NCBI GenBank assembly: GCA_049510745.1
Contig: JBEKYR010000020.1
Span: 23,555 to 87,554, forward strand
Direction: 5' to 3'
Source: Verrucomicrobiota bacterium
GTDB lineage: Bacteria > Verrucomicrobiota > Verrucomicrobiia > Limisphaerales > Palsa-1400
DNA: 64,000 bases
Positions 30,746 through 40,533 of this stretch are shown one piece after another. Positions within the stretch are counted from its first letter, which is position 1. The number at the start of each line of letters is the position of its first letter. Under the pieces are notes generated by a model. It made no database searches and was not told where the DNA came from. It was given only the letters and a program-made list of their open reading frames with translations. The position numbers and the translations under genes were made by a program.

Positions 30746-32011
30746 TCAGACAAAAATGGTTTGCGCGCGGGCCGGGCCGACGGACACAATTTTGAGCCGC
30801 GCGCCGGTCAATTCGGCCAGCGCCCGCAAGTAACTTCGCGCCTTGGCCGGCAATTGGCTCCATTTGACGCAACGCGACGTCGGCGTCCGCCAGCCGGGAA
30901 ATTCCGCATAGACCGGTTCGCACTTGGCCAGCAATTCAATGTCCGCCGGCACGTAATCCAGCCGCGACAGCCCCGCCCGGTAGGCGACGCAGACTTTGAT
31001 CGTCTCCAGGCCGTCCAGGCCGTCCAGGTTCGTCACCGCCAGATCGTCGATGCCGTTGATGATGGCGGCGTATCGGGTGGCGACCGCGTCAAACCAGCCG
31101 CAGCGGCGCGGCCGGCCCGTTGTCGCCCCGAATTCGCGTCCCATCGCGTGCAGCATGTCGGCGATCTCGGCGCTCTCGGTGGGCAAGGGGCCTTCGCCGA
31201 CGCGGGTGATGTAGGCCTTCATCACGCCCACCACTTTGTCCATGCGGTGGGGCGCGACCCCCGAGCCGGTGCAGGCGCCGCCCGCAGTGGTGTTGGAGGA
31301 GGTGACAAAAGGATAGGTGCCGTGATCGATGTCCAGAAACGTGCCTTGGGCGCCTTCAAAAAGAATGTTCCGGCCGCGGCCCGTGGCCTCGTGCAGCAGG
31401 ACGACGGTATTGGTGACAAAGGGTTTCAACCGGTCGCCCGCGGCGCGATAGGCGGCATGGACTTTGGCGAAAGAGAGGGGTTTGGCGCCCAGGGCCTTCA
31501 AAATCTCGTTGTTTTCCTTGATCTTGAACCGGAGCAGGGCCTCGAAGCGGTCTGGGTTGATCAAGTCGATCATGCGCAAGCCGGTGCGGGCCGCCTTGTC
31601 GCCATAGGCCGGGCCGATGCCGCGCTTGGTGGTGCCGATTTTGTGTTGGCCCTTGAGCGATTCGCGCTGCTCGTCCAATTCGCGGTGATAGGGGAGGACC
31701 AAATGGGCCGATTCGCTGATGAACAGGTTTTTGACCCGCACGCCAAGGCGGGTGAGTTCCTCCATTTCCGCCACCAGGCTGACGGGATCGACGACGACGC
31801 CGTTGCCGATGACGCAGACCTTGCGCGGGCGCAAGATGCCGGAGGGAATGAGATGGAGCACGAATTTTCTCTTGCCGATGAAAACGGTGTGTCCGGCATT
31901 GTTCCCGCCCTGGGTGCGGACAACAATATCGGCATCGCCGGTCAGAACGTCGATGATTTTGCCTTTGCCTTCGTCGCCCCACTGGGCGCCGACTAAAATC
32001 GTATTGGCCAT
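30746..32011 (-). CDS. purA: Adenylosuccinate synthetase
   Basis: GAQWGDEGKGK, GGNNAGHT, GTTKRGIGP and GATTGRPRRCGW motifs. Confidence 0.98.
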   Translation of the reverse strand: MANTILVGAQWGDEGKGKIIDVLTGDADIVVRTQGGNNAGHTVFIGKRKFVLHLIPSGILRPRKVCVIGNGVVVDPVSLVAEMEELTRLGVRVKNLFISESAHLVLPYHRELDEQRESLKGQHKIGTTKRGIGPAYGDKAARTGLRMIDLINPDRFEALLRFKIKENNEILKALGAKPLSFAKVHAAYRAAGDRLKPFVTNTVVLLHEATGRGRNILFEGAQGTFLDIDHGTYPFVTSSNTTAGGACTGSGVAPHRMDKVVGVMKAYITRVGEGPLPTESAEIADMLHAMGREFGATTGRPRRCGWFDAVATRYAAIINGIDDLAVTNLDGLDGLETIKVCVAYRAGLSRLDYVPADIELLAKCEPVYAEFPGWRTPTSRCVKWSQLPAKARSYLRALAELTGARLKIVSVGPARAQTIFV

Positions 32012-32032
32012 AAACTGTGTGACAAGCTCAAC

Positions 32033-32135
32033 GGGGCGGCGCGCCGCCCCAATAAAAACCCCGGAAATGTAAATTCCGGGGCAGACGCACGGGTCTTTAC
32101 GGACAGAGGGTAGAGAGAGCGCCCGCCGGTGTCAA
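32033..32135 (-). promoter_or_regulatory. purA leader: promoter, terminator-like hairpin and 18-bp palindrome
   Basis: Minus strand TTGACA-17bp-TACCCT (32135-32107); CCCCGGAA-7nt-TTCCGGGG-TTTTTATT (32081-32051); GGGGCGGCGCGCCGCCCC (32033-32050). Confidence 0.6.
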
Positions 32136-32188
32136 CGCGGAAGGCATTGTTCGCAAATCATCGAAAAGTTGCGCAGTTTTGAATGCCG

Positions 32189-33157
32189 TCAGTTGGGTTG
32201 CTCCTGCTCATTGCTTTGGATTTCCCGCTCGAAATAGAACAGCAAGGTGAGACTACACCCGGATTGCAACCCCAGACGACCGACCCAACCGGCTTCTTTC
32301 GAGTACCTCAGCTTGCTGGATTCATTGTCGTCCCCACGCGTGAGCAGTACGGGTATTTCCCGCCTGGGTGTGATGCCGTAAGGCGCGAAAATATCGGGCT
32401 GCATTTTCAAAAAGTCCGCAATCCGGGGGTTAAGAAAGTTGCCATCTTTGCCGATAAGCGACGGATCGACGGTAAACTTGAGGCGGAAAAGGGCGCTGTT
32501 GAGCAAATCCAGTGGAGCCTTGGCAAGTGTCCTGGCATAGAATGCCCGCAAGCTCTCCGCGTTATGCACTGGATAATCCGCCACCGGGCCGCAGTAACCG
32601 ATGCAGAACAACTTGCCGAACGCCTGAAAGCTCTTTTCCCCGGGCGACCATTTTCGGGAGAGAATTTTCAGGTTGGTTGAATCCACCAGCCACCAGGGGG
32701 CGCCTTCAGTGGCCTGCTTGCCGCGAATGGCGACAACCGCATGGCCGGAAAAATGCCTTTGCAGTGACTCCATGGAAATCTCCGCTCCATCCACGAGCAA
32801 CGCGTTGAATCCTCGCGGCTCAATGCGGTCGATGAACAGGACCGCGTAATCACCGCACCCGCAACTCAAACCGCTCTCACTAATCTCGCGCGCGGTGCGT
32901 CGCCGGAGGAATTGTTCCTTGAGACCGGATTCCTCGGCCCCGGCCACACGCACGGTGTAGCTCTTGCCGGGCTGCATGAACTTCAAATTGCGGAGTTCGG
33001 AGAACACCGCTTGGATGTGTTGCTCCGCTGAAAGGTCATCGGCCGCCAAGGCGGAGAAAGGCTGGAGCAGGCAAAGACCCAAAGCCGCAACGCCAGGCAG
33101 CCAAAGTCTCACCTGCTTGCCGCCCGAGGGCGATGGAAGGGATTTCAATGATTTCAT
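32189..33157 (-). CDS. Exported transglutaminase-like (Cys-His-Asp) protein
   Basis: Signal peptide; GLSCGCGDYA, GHAVV and WLVDST occur in transglutaminase-like order. Confidence 0.6.
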   Translation of the reverse strand: MKSLKSLPSPSGGKQVRLWLPGVAALGLCLLQPFSALAADDLSAEQHIQAVFSELRNLKFMQPGKSYTVRVAGAEESGLKEQFLRRRTAREISESGLSCGCGDYAVLFIDRIEPRGFNALLVDGAEISMESLQRHFSGHAVVAIRGKQATEGAPWWLVDSTNLKILSRKWSPGEKSFQAFGKLFCIGYCGPVADYPVHNAESLRAFYARTLAKAPLDLLNSALFRLKFTVDPSLIGKDGNFLNPRIADFLKMQPDIFAPYGITPRREIPVLLTRGDDNESSKLRYSKEAGWVGRLGLQSGCSLTLLFYFEREIQSNEQEQPN

Positions 33158-33621
33158 TTTTTATGTCTGATAAGTGTTTATCTCTCAGTGTCTTGCAACG
33201 GACAACTTGCGTCGCAAATCTGTTGTTGCTGCCTTGTCACGCAGACTTTTCAAACCGTTGGCAATTCATGTCCGTTTCGTTCTCTCTGTGCCGGTTCCCC
33301 CAAAAAGGTTCATTTCAACCGGGACCAGTTTCCGCATTTTGGCGGTCACATGGTTGCGTCGGTGCGGTGTATTTGTGTCGGAATAGTTTGCAGTCATGGG
33401 CATTATTCGGGATAAATCAGCCATAAATACCTGTGGCGCAATGACTTGTCGCATAAGCCACAGTGATAGATGAGACGGATTAAGGCCGATTGGGATGTTC
33501 CGATGTCGGAATTGTTTACGGTTTTCACGAAAAAGACTATGGGGTATTCTACTAACATCAAAATCATAACCATCTGCAATTAAACAGCTTATGTGAAAAG
33601 CAAATCGCACGTTGAAAACGA

Positions 33622-33636
33622 TGGCACAGAAATAGC
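33622..33636 (+). promoter_or_regulatory. Putative sigma54 (-24/-12) promoter
   Basis: TGGCACAGAAATAGC has GG-N10-GC spacing and one mismatch to TGGCACN5TTGC; ~110 bp upstream of the CTERM gene. Confidence 0.55.
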
Positions 33637-33748
33637 TACTTTCGTTGCGACACGGCTATTTGCGGTTGCTGAGTGGAGTGTATCCTAAGCGGCGCGATGG
33701 CAAATAAAAAGAGCATGTATCAAACCAAAATTAACCAGAATCAATAAA

Positions 33749-34441
33749 ATGAACACACGCATGATGAACCGTTTGAAAGTCGCGGCGCTTTCTGTGGCAC
33801 TGCCTTTGGCGTCCCTCACGTCCGCTTATGGAGCAGTTTCGCTCAATTTCAATCTGCCTGACAACACATACGAAGATTATATTCTCAATTACTACAACGG
33901 TGGGGCTGATGGACACGGCGCGATCGGACCGAACTATGGAATCGTCTTTGGACCGGATGCCCTGTCCCTCTTGAACTATCCCCTCTCAAATGTGTCGAGC
34001 GAACCCGACGGCGGAAACTCCAGCATGATCTTCCTGAGCGGCAGTGGGGATCTTATGGATGTGGCGGCTGGCTTCACCACCGGTTTTTCGTTCTACTATT
34101 CGGCGCCGTACTATACGGGTTCAGTCACCGTCTATAGCGGTCTGGACGGCACTGGCAGCTTGTTGGCTACCCTTAACTTGCCGGAGACACCCGCCGGATC
34201 TCCAGCGAATTACTCCGTTTGGGAGCCCGTCGGAGTGAGTTTTGCGGGGACTGCCGAATCCGTGAATTTCTCTGGAACGGCGAATTACATCGCCTTTGCG
34301 GATGTCACCCTCGGTTCGGTGAATCCTCAAATTGGCAACAATGTTCCTGACAATACGGGAGCGAGCATTTACCTGCTGGCTGCCCTGGGTTTGGCTGGCG
34401 CGGCTTGGGCCTCCCGCAAACAGGGAATCGCCGCGATCTAA
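33749..34441 (+). CDS. Exosortase-sorted protein with a VPDSG/PEP-CTERM-like C-terminal signal
   Basis: Signal peptide; C-terminal VPDNTGAS, TM helix and basic tail (RKQ). Confidence 0.85.
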   Translation: MNTRMMNRLKVAALSVALPLASLTSAYGAVSLNFNLPDNTYEDYILNYYNGGADGHGAIGPNYGIVFGPDALSLLNYPLSNVSSEPDGGNSSMIFLSGSGDLMDVAAGFTTGFSFYYSAPYYTGSVTVYSGLDGTGSLLATLNLPETPAGSPANYSVWEPVGVSFAGTAESVNFSGTANYIAFADVTLGSVNPQIGNNVPDNTGASIYLLAALGLAGAAWASRKQGIAAI

Positions 34442-34478
34442 CGATCAGCGCAACCGCAAACTGATACGTGCTTTAATC

Positions 34479-34511
34479 AAGCCCGTCCTTGCTTGCAAGG
34501 GCGGGTTTTTT
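34479..34511 (+). terminator. Intrinsic terminator
   Basis: GCCCGTCCTTGC-TT-GCAAGGGCGGGT hairpin followed by a T run. Confidence 0.75.
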
Positions 34512-34529
34512 GCGTACACGGCCAAGGGC

Positions 34530-34645
34530 GGGCGCATCCCGGTTTTTGGCAACCCGCTGGTGAATGAGGGATAGTGGATGGCCGCACTCAGGCGCAAAAG
34601 AATGACGAATGATGAAGCCAAAATGGCGCTGTCGGGCCGTATTAG
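34530..34645 (+). repeat. Direct repeat copy A
   Basis: GGGCGCATCCCGGTTTTTGGCAAC...GGCCGCAC...GAATGACGAATG...GAAGCCAAAA...GTCGGGCCGTATTAG; aligns with 43298-43437. Confidence 0.8.
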
Positions 34646-34799
34646 GGAAAGAAAATGAACGGCATCCCCACCTGAATAATCCTGCGCCCGGCGGCATCGA
34701 ATTGTGGATCGCCCTGGACAGGCAGCGCGTATGGCTTGCCTTTTTCCAGCGCTGGCGCAACCATGCAGCCGGCATCATAACGAACGGCTGGATGTGAAT

Positions 34800-36272
34800 A
34801 TGCGAGGATCTTCAAGACTGATAATGGTTGCGGTGGCGGTGGCGGCCCTGGCGGGCGCGGCGGGCGTTTGGGTCTGGCACGCCCATCATGCCAATAAAGC
34901 TTCCTGGCGCACCGGAACGGTGCGCAAAGGAGACCTCACGGCCACCATCACGGCCACTGGCACGGTCGAACCGGAGGAGGTGGTGGACGTCGGGGCGCAA
35001 GTGGCCGGGCAGTTGCTCCAGTTTGGCAAGGACAAGGATGGCAAGGCCATTGATTATGGTTCCATCGTCGAGTCCAACATGCTCCTGGCCAGGATTGACG
35101 GCAGTCTCTACGCGGCGGATTTGGCCCTGGCAAAGGCGGCGGTCGATTCTGACAAGGCCGGGGAATTGCAGGCCGCGGCCAATTTGGAGCAGATGAAAGC
35201 CAAGGAGGCGCAGGCGGAAGCGGATTGGAAACGGGCCCAGGTGCTCGGCCCGTCGGAAGCCCTGGCGCCGACCACCTATGATTCCTACAAAGCCAATTAC
35301 GAAATTGCCAAAGCCAACGTCGATCTGGATATTGCCGCCCTGGCCCAGGCCAAAGCCACAACCGTCCAGGCCGAAGCCACCAGGGACAAGGCCCAACGGA
35401 ACCTCGATTACTGCACCATTTTCTCCCCGGTCAAGGGCGTCATCATTGACCGCCGGGTGAATATCGGCGAAACGGTCGTGTCGAGCCTCAACACGCCCAG
35501 TCTGTTCCTCATTGCCAAGGACCTGACCCGAATCCAGGTCTGGGTTTCGGTCAATGAGGCGGACATCGGGAAAATTCATACCAACCAGGATGTGACTTTC
35601 ACCGTGGACGCTTTTCCAAACCGGACCTTTCACGGCAAGGTGAACAAGGTCCGGCTCAACGCCACCATGACGCAAAACGTGGTCACTTACACCGTGGAGG
35701 TCAACACCGACAACTCGAATGGCCGGCTCTTGCCATACTTGACAGCCAATGTTCACTTCCTCACCGGCGAGGCCCACGATGCGTTTCTGGTTTTGAACTC
35801 CGCCCTGCGCTGGCGTCCGGCCCCGGACTTGATTGCGGCGGCCGCCCGCCCGGCGGACAAACCGCCCGGCGGAGCGCCCGACGGCGCCCAGCGCAGAGGG
35901 CGGCGCGGCGGCGGCGGCGACGACCCGCCCGCCCAACAAATCGGCACCGTGTGGGCGCCGGACGGAGCCTATGTCCGTCCGATTCGTGTCAACATCGGAC
36001 TCTCTGATGGAACCTGGACGGAAGTGCAAGGCGAAGGGCTGAGCGAGGGCCTGACGGTGGTGCTCGGCGTGCAAAGCCCGGAGATGGCCGCAGCGGAAGC
36101 TCCCGGCGTAAGCCCGTTCATCCCACAGTTTGGCCGGCGTCCGGGGCAGGGCAGCGGTGGCGCCGGGCAGGCCGGCGGCGCGGGGCAAGCCGGTGGCGCG
36201 GGGCAAGCCGGTGGTGCCGGGCAAGGCGGCGGGCAAGGCGGTGGCGGCGGAAGGCGGGGCAACGGCCCATGA
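34800..36272 (+). CDS. MacA-like periplasmic adaptor
   Basis: ATGTVEPEEVVDVGAQVAG, SPVKGVIIDRRV and VNEADIG motifs; C-terminal (GGAGQA)x4 tail. Confidence 0.92.
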   Translation: MRGSSRLIMVAVAVAALAGAAGVWVWHAHHANKASWRTGTVRKGDLTATITATGTVEPEEVVDVGAQVAGQLLQFGKDKDGKAIDYGSIVESNMLLARIDGSLYAADLALAKAAVDSDKAGELQAAANLEQMKAKEAQAEADWKRAQVLGPSEALAPTTYDSYKANYEIAKANVDLDIAALAQAKATTVQAEATRDKAQRNLDYCTIFSPVKGVIIDRRVNIGETVVSSLNTPSLFLIAKDLTRIQVWVSVNEADIGKIHTNQDVTFTVDAFPNRTFHGKVNKVRLNATMTQNVVTYTVEVNTDNSNGRLLPYLTANVHFLTGEAHDAFLVLNSALRWRPAPDLIAAAARPADKPPGGAPDGAQRRGRRGGGGDDPPAQQIGTVWAPDGAYVRPIRVNIGLSDGTWTEVQGEGLSEGLTVVLGVQSPEMAAAEAPGVSPFIPQFGRRPGQGSGGAGQAGGAGQAGGAGQAGGAGQGGGQGGGGGRRGNGP

Positions 36273-36287
36273 GGGCGGGCGATCGTT

Positions 36288-36998
36288 ATGGAATTGCTTG
36301 AATTGCGCGACGTTCGCAAGACCTATCACTTGGGCGAATTGGATTTGCCCGTGCTCAAGGGAGTGACGTTTTCCGTTGCCAAAGGGGAACTGGTGGCGCT
36401 GATGGGAGTCAGCGGTTCGGGCAAAAGCACGCTCATGAATATTCTCGGCTGCCTGGATCACCCCACCTCCGGCGAGTATTGGCTGGACGGACAGGAAGTA
36501 TCCGGGGCATCGGCCAACGAACGGGCCAGGCTGCGCAACCGGCTGATCGGCTTTGTCTTTCAGAGTTTTAACCTGCTCTCGCGCACCTCGGCGCTGGACA
36601 ATGTTTGCATGCCGCTGACTTATGGCGCCGAATACATTCAGGAGCGCGAGATGAAGGAGCGCGCCACCGAGTTGCTCCGCAAAGTCGGCTTGGACGACCG
36701 CATGGATCACCAGCCCTCGCAACTTTCCGGCGGCCAGCAGCAGCGGGTGGCCATTGCCCGGTCGCTGGTCAACCGGCCCCGCCTCCTTTTGGCCGATGAA
36801 CCGACGGGCAATCTGGACTCCCGCACCAGCGAAGAGATTCTGCAAATGTTGCGCGCGCTCAATGAAACCGAAGGGCTGACCATTATCCTGGTGACGCACG
36901 ACCCGCAAGTGGCCCACCATGCCAGGCGAATCATCCGCATCCACGACGGCTTGATCGAGGGTGGAGCGGAGCCAAAAACAGAGGTGAAAGGATCATGA
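36288..36998 (+). CDS. ABC transporter ATP-binding protein (MacB/LolD type)
   Basis: GVSGSGKST, LSGGQQQRV and LLADEPTGNLD motifs. Confidence 0.95.
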   Translation: MELLELRDVRKTYHLGELDLPVLKGVTFSVAKGELVALMGVSGSGKSTLMNILGCLDHPTSGEYWLDGQEVSGASANERARLRNRLIGFVFQSFNLLSRTSALDNVCMPLTYGAEYIQEREMKERATELLRKVGLDDRMDHQPSQLSGGQQQRVAIARSLVNRPRLLLADEPTGNLDSRTSEEILQMLRALNETEGLTIILVTHDPQVAHHARRIIRIHDGLIEGGAEPKTEVKGS

Positions 36999-38368
36999 GA
37001 TTTTACCGGACATTTCAAACCGCCATGCGCGCCTTGCGCCGGAACATGCTGCGGGCGGGGTTGACCACCCTGGGCATTATTATTGGCGTGGCGGCCGTCA
37101 TCGCCATGATGGAGATCGGCAACGGTTCCTCGCTTCAGATTCAGCATACGATTGCCACCCTGGGCGCCAACAATCTTATGATTTTTCCCGGCAACGCCTT
37201 CGCCGGCGGCATCAGCCAGGGCAACGGCAGCATCATGACGCTCACCCCGATGGACGCCGACGCGATCCTGACGGAATGCCCGTCGGTGGCGGCGGCGGCC
37301 CCGGTGGTGCGGGCGCGCACCCAGGTCGTCTATGGCAACCGCAACTGGGTGCCGAACACCATTTCCGGCACCACCCCCGCGTTTCTGGAGGTGCGCGATT
37401 GGGCCGACATGACGCTGGGGGATGCCTTTACCGACGCGGACGTGCGCAACTCGGGCAAGGTTTGCTTGATTGGGCAGACCATTGCCCGCGAACTTTTCCA
37501 GGATGAATCGCCCATCGGCAAGGAAATCCGCCTGCAGAACGTCGCCTTCAAAGTCATCGGCGTCCTCCGCCCCAAAGGCGCCAACATGATGGGATCAGAT
37601 CAGGACGACATCGTGCTGGCGCCGTGGACGACGATCAAGTACCGCGTCACCGGCAGTTCGGCCACGACCCAAAACCAGAGCGCCGCATCCGCGTCCGCGT
37701 CAACGACCACGGTTCTGCCCAGCCAGGTCTATCCGAGCACGGGCGTGGCCCTTTACCCGGTGCCCTCGTCCGTGCAAACGGCCGACACGCCGCAGCCCAT
37801 CCGGTTTGCCAACGTCGATCAAATCGTGGCGGCGGCCAAATCCGCCGAACAGATTCCGACGGCCATCGCCGAAATCACCGCCCTGTTGCGCGAGCGCCAT
37901 CACCTCCGGCCCGGCACACTGGACGATTTTACGATCCGGGACATGACGGAAATGACCAGAACGGTCAGTTCGACCACGCTCTTGATGACGAAGCTCTTGC
38001 TCATTGTCGCAACCATTTCGCTGGTGGTGGGCGGGGTGGGCATTATGAACATCATGCTCGTTTCCGTGACGGAACGGACCCGCGAAATCGGGTTGCGCAT
38101 GGCCGTGGGGGCGCAGCCAACGGATATTTTGCGCCAGTTCCTCACCGAAGCAGTGGTGCTCTGCCTGATCGGCGGCGCGGTCGGCATCGGGTTGGGGCGC
38201 GCCAGTTCGTGGCTGGTGCGGGCGGTGCTCAAGTGGCCGACGGCGGTCTCCTTCGGGGCCATCATTTCCGCAGTGGTCGTCTCGGCCACGGTGGGGGTGG
38301 TGTTTGGATATTATCCGGCCTGGAAAGCCTCGCGCTTGGACCCGATTGACGCGCTGCGTTACGAATAA
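36995..38368 (+). CDS. MacB-type ABC permease
   Basis: LTTLGIIIGVAAV, GGVGIMNIMLVSVTERTREIGLR and LDPIDALRYE motifs. Confidence 0.95.
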   Translation: MRFYRTFQTAMRALRRNMLRAGLTTLGIIIGVAAVIAMMEIGNGSSLQIQHTIATLGANNLMIFPGNAFAGGISQGNGSIMTLTPMDADAILTECPSVAAAAPVVRARTQVVYGNRNWVPNTISGTTPAFLEVRDWADMTLGDAFTDADVRNSGKVCLIGQTIARELFQDESPIGKEIRLQNVAFKVIGVLRPKGANMMGSDQDDIVLAPWTTIKYRVTGSSATTQNQSAASASASTTTVLPSQVYPSTGVALYPVPSSVQTADTPQPIRFANVDQIVAAAKSAEQIPTAIAEITALLRERHHLRPGTLDDFTIRDMTEMTRTVSSTTLLMTKLLLIVATISLVVGGVGIMNIMLVSVTERTREIGLRMAVGAQPTDILRQFLTEAVVLCLIGGAVGIGLGRASSWLVRAVLKWPTAVSFGAIISAVVVSATVGVVFGYYPAWKASRLDPIDALRYE

Positions 38369-38398
38369 AGGGCCGGGATAACCCATGATCGAAATGCC

Positions 38399-39823
38399 AT
38401 GAACAAAACCTTTCCAACGGCATGGACGGCCCTGGCCGGTTCCCTGGCGGCGCTGGCCATGATCAGCGGCTGCATGGCCGGCCCGGATTACCACCCGCCC
38501 AAAACCCAGGCGCCGCCGGCCTGGTCCGGGGTGACCAATGCCACGACGGCGGCCACCCGGCTGACGGCCAACCCGGTTGCTCTGGCGCAATGGTGGACCC
38601 GGTTTCAGGACCCCAAGTTGACCGAGCTGGTGAATGCGGCTCTCCGCACCAATCTGGACGTGCAACTGGCCGAAGCGCTGCTGCGGCAGGCGCGCGCCGC
38701 CCGCGGCAGGGATGCGGGCGGCCTTTGGCCGTCACTGGCCGCTTCCGGATCGGCCACCCGCACCGGCACGGTCAACGGCGCCGGCAGCGGCGCTTCTCAC
38801 AACGCCTTCAGCGCGGGCGCGAGCGCGGTGTGGAATCTGGATTTTTTTGGCGCCACGCGCCGGCAGCTTGAGTCTGATGACGCCGCCATCCAGGCCGCGT
38901 GCGAGAATCTATACGGCGCGCAGGTGACGCTGGTGTCGGAAGTGGCGCTGGACTACATTCAAGTGCGCGGGGCGCAGGAACAAATCGCCATTGCGCAGAC
39001 CAACCTGGAGTCCGAAGTGCATACGGCGGGCGTCACGCGCCAGAAAGGGGCGGCCGGGTTCGTCAGCGCGCTGGACGAGGCCAATGCCGACGCGCAAGTG
39101 GCGACGACGGCGGCGATCATTCCCCCGCTGGAAACCACCATCCAGCAGAACATTTTTGCGCTAAGCATTTTGCTGGGCCGTCCGCCGGCCGATCTGTTGG
39201 AAGATTTGTCCAGGCCCGGCTCCGTCCCGCTCACTCCGCCGGAAGTGCCCGTCGGGTTGCCCTCGGACCTGTTGCGGCGGCGGCCGGACATCCGCGCGGC
39301 GGAGGCGAATTTGCACGCGGCGGCGGCGCTGATCGGCGTGGCGGTGGCCGACTTTTATCCCCAATTCTCGCTGACCGGCTCGCTTAATTACCAGAACAGG
39401 GTGGCGCGGGATTTGTTCGCGGGCGGCAACGGAATTTATTCAGCCGGCCCGCAGGTGAACTGGCCGATTTTTTCCGGCGGAAGCACCGTTTCCAATCTGC
39501 GGTTGCAGAAGGCGGCCACGGACGCGGCTTATATCACCTATCAGAAAACCGTGCTGGCGGCGCTGGCCGACGTGGAGGGCAACCTGGTGGCGTTTGCCAA
39601 GGAGTGGGACCATCGCAAGGCGTTGAGCGACGCCGTGGTTAAAAACCGCCGCGCCTTGGAGTTATCGCAGCAACTTTACCAGGCCGGCACGACGGAGTTT
39701 CTGACGGTGCTGGACGCGGAACGTTCGCTCCTGGCTTCCGAGACGGCGCTGGCTCAGAGCCGGCAGGCCATTTCGTCGGACCTGGTGAACATATACCGGG
39801 CGCTGGGCGGCGGCTGGGAATAG
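38399..39823 (+). CDS. NodT/TolC-family outer-membrane efflux lipoprotein
   Basis: Lipobox ISG|C; PSDLLRRRPDIRAAE; YRALGGGW. Confidence 0.93.
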   Translation: MNKTFPTAWTALAGSLAALAMISGCMAGPDYHPPKTQAPPAWSGVTNATTAATRLTANPVALAQWWTRFQDPKLTELVNAALRTNLDVQLAEALLRQARAARGRDAGGLWPSLAASGSATRTGTVNGAGSGASHNAFSAGASAVWNLDFFGATRRQLESDDAAIQAACENLYGAQVTLVSEVALDYIQVRGAQEQIAIAQTNLESEVHTAGVTRQKGAAGFVSALDEANADAQVATTAAIIPPLETTIQQNIFALSILLGRPPADLLEDLSRPGSVPLTPPEVPVGLPSDLLRRRPDIRAAEANLHAAAALIGVAVADFYPQFSLTGSLNYQNRVARDLFAGGNGIYSAGPQVNWPIFSGGSTVSNLRLQKAATDAAYITYQKTVLAALADVEGNLVAFAKEWDHRKALSDAVVKNRRALELSQQLYQAGTTEFLTVLDAERSLLASETALAQSRQAISSDLVNIYRALGGGWE

Positions 39824-39834
39824 GTTCCCCCGCT

Positions 39835-40533
39835 TCAGGGGGCCAGCAGGCGGTAACCCACTCCCGGCTCTGTCACCAATAATTCCGGGCGGCCCGGGTT
39901 CACCTCCAGCTTTTCCCGCAGATGCCCGATGTAAACCCGCAGGTAATGCGTCTGTTCGCCGTAATTGGGGCCCCACACTTCCTTCAAAATCTGGCGGTGC
40001 GTGACGACTTTGCCCGCGTTGCGCACCAGCAAACGCAGGAGCGCGTATTCCGTCGGCGTCATCTTCACTTCCCGCCCCTCCACCCGGACCTGGCGGCTGG
40101 AGAGATCGACTTCCAGGCGGCCGGAATGAAAGACCGCGTTGTCCGCAATGGGCAGGGCGTGGCGCCGGGCCACGCGCAGGCGGGCCAGCAGTTCGGCCGT
40201 GCTGAATGGTTTGGTGACGAAATCGTCCGCCCCGTGGTCCAGCGCAGCGACTTTGTCGTCCTCGCCTTCGCGGACGGAGAGGACCAGCACCGGCGCCTGG
40301 CTCCATTCCCGCAGTCTCCGCAGCACTGCCACCCCGTCCATGTCGGGCAAACCCAAGTCAAGCACAACGGCGTCGGGACGCCGCTGGGCGGCCTCGACCA
40401 GCCCTTCCTGGCCGGTGGCGGCTTCGAAGACACGGTAGCCGTTGCCTTCCAGCGCCACCCGCAAAAGGCGGCGGATTTGCACTTCGTCGTCAATAATCAG
40501 GACGATCGGGGGATGGGGAGGGGTCTCGCTCAT
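39835..40533 (-). CDS. kdpE: KdpE response regulator
   Basis: LDLGLPDMDG, GADDFVTKPF and HYLRVYIGHLREKLE motifs; coupled to kdpD. Confidence 0.93.
   Translation of the reverse strand: MSETPPHPPIVLIIDDEVQIRRLLRVALEGNGYRVFEAATGQEGLVEAAQRRPDAVVLDLGLPDMDGVAVLRRLREWSQAPVLVLSVREGEDDKVAALDHGADDFVTKPFSTAELLARLRVARRHALPIADNAVFHSGRLEVDLSSRQVRVEGREVKMTPTEYALLRLLVRNAGKVVTHRQILKEVWGPNYGEQTHYLRVYIGHLREKLEVNPGRPELLVTEPGVGYRLLAP

Noticed and set aside
30473..30795. Short ORFs 30473-30679 and 30529-30795
   Set aside because: They overlap tRNA-Pro on the opposite strand and are translation artefacts.
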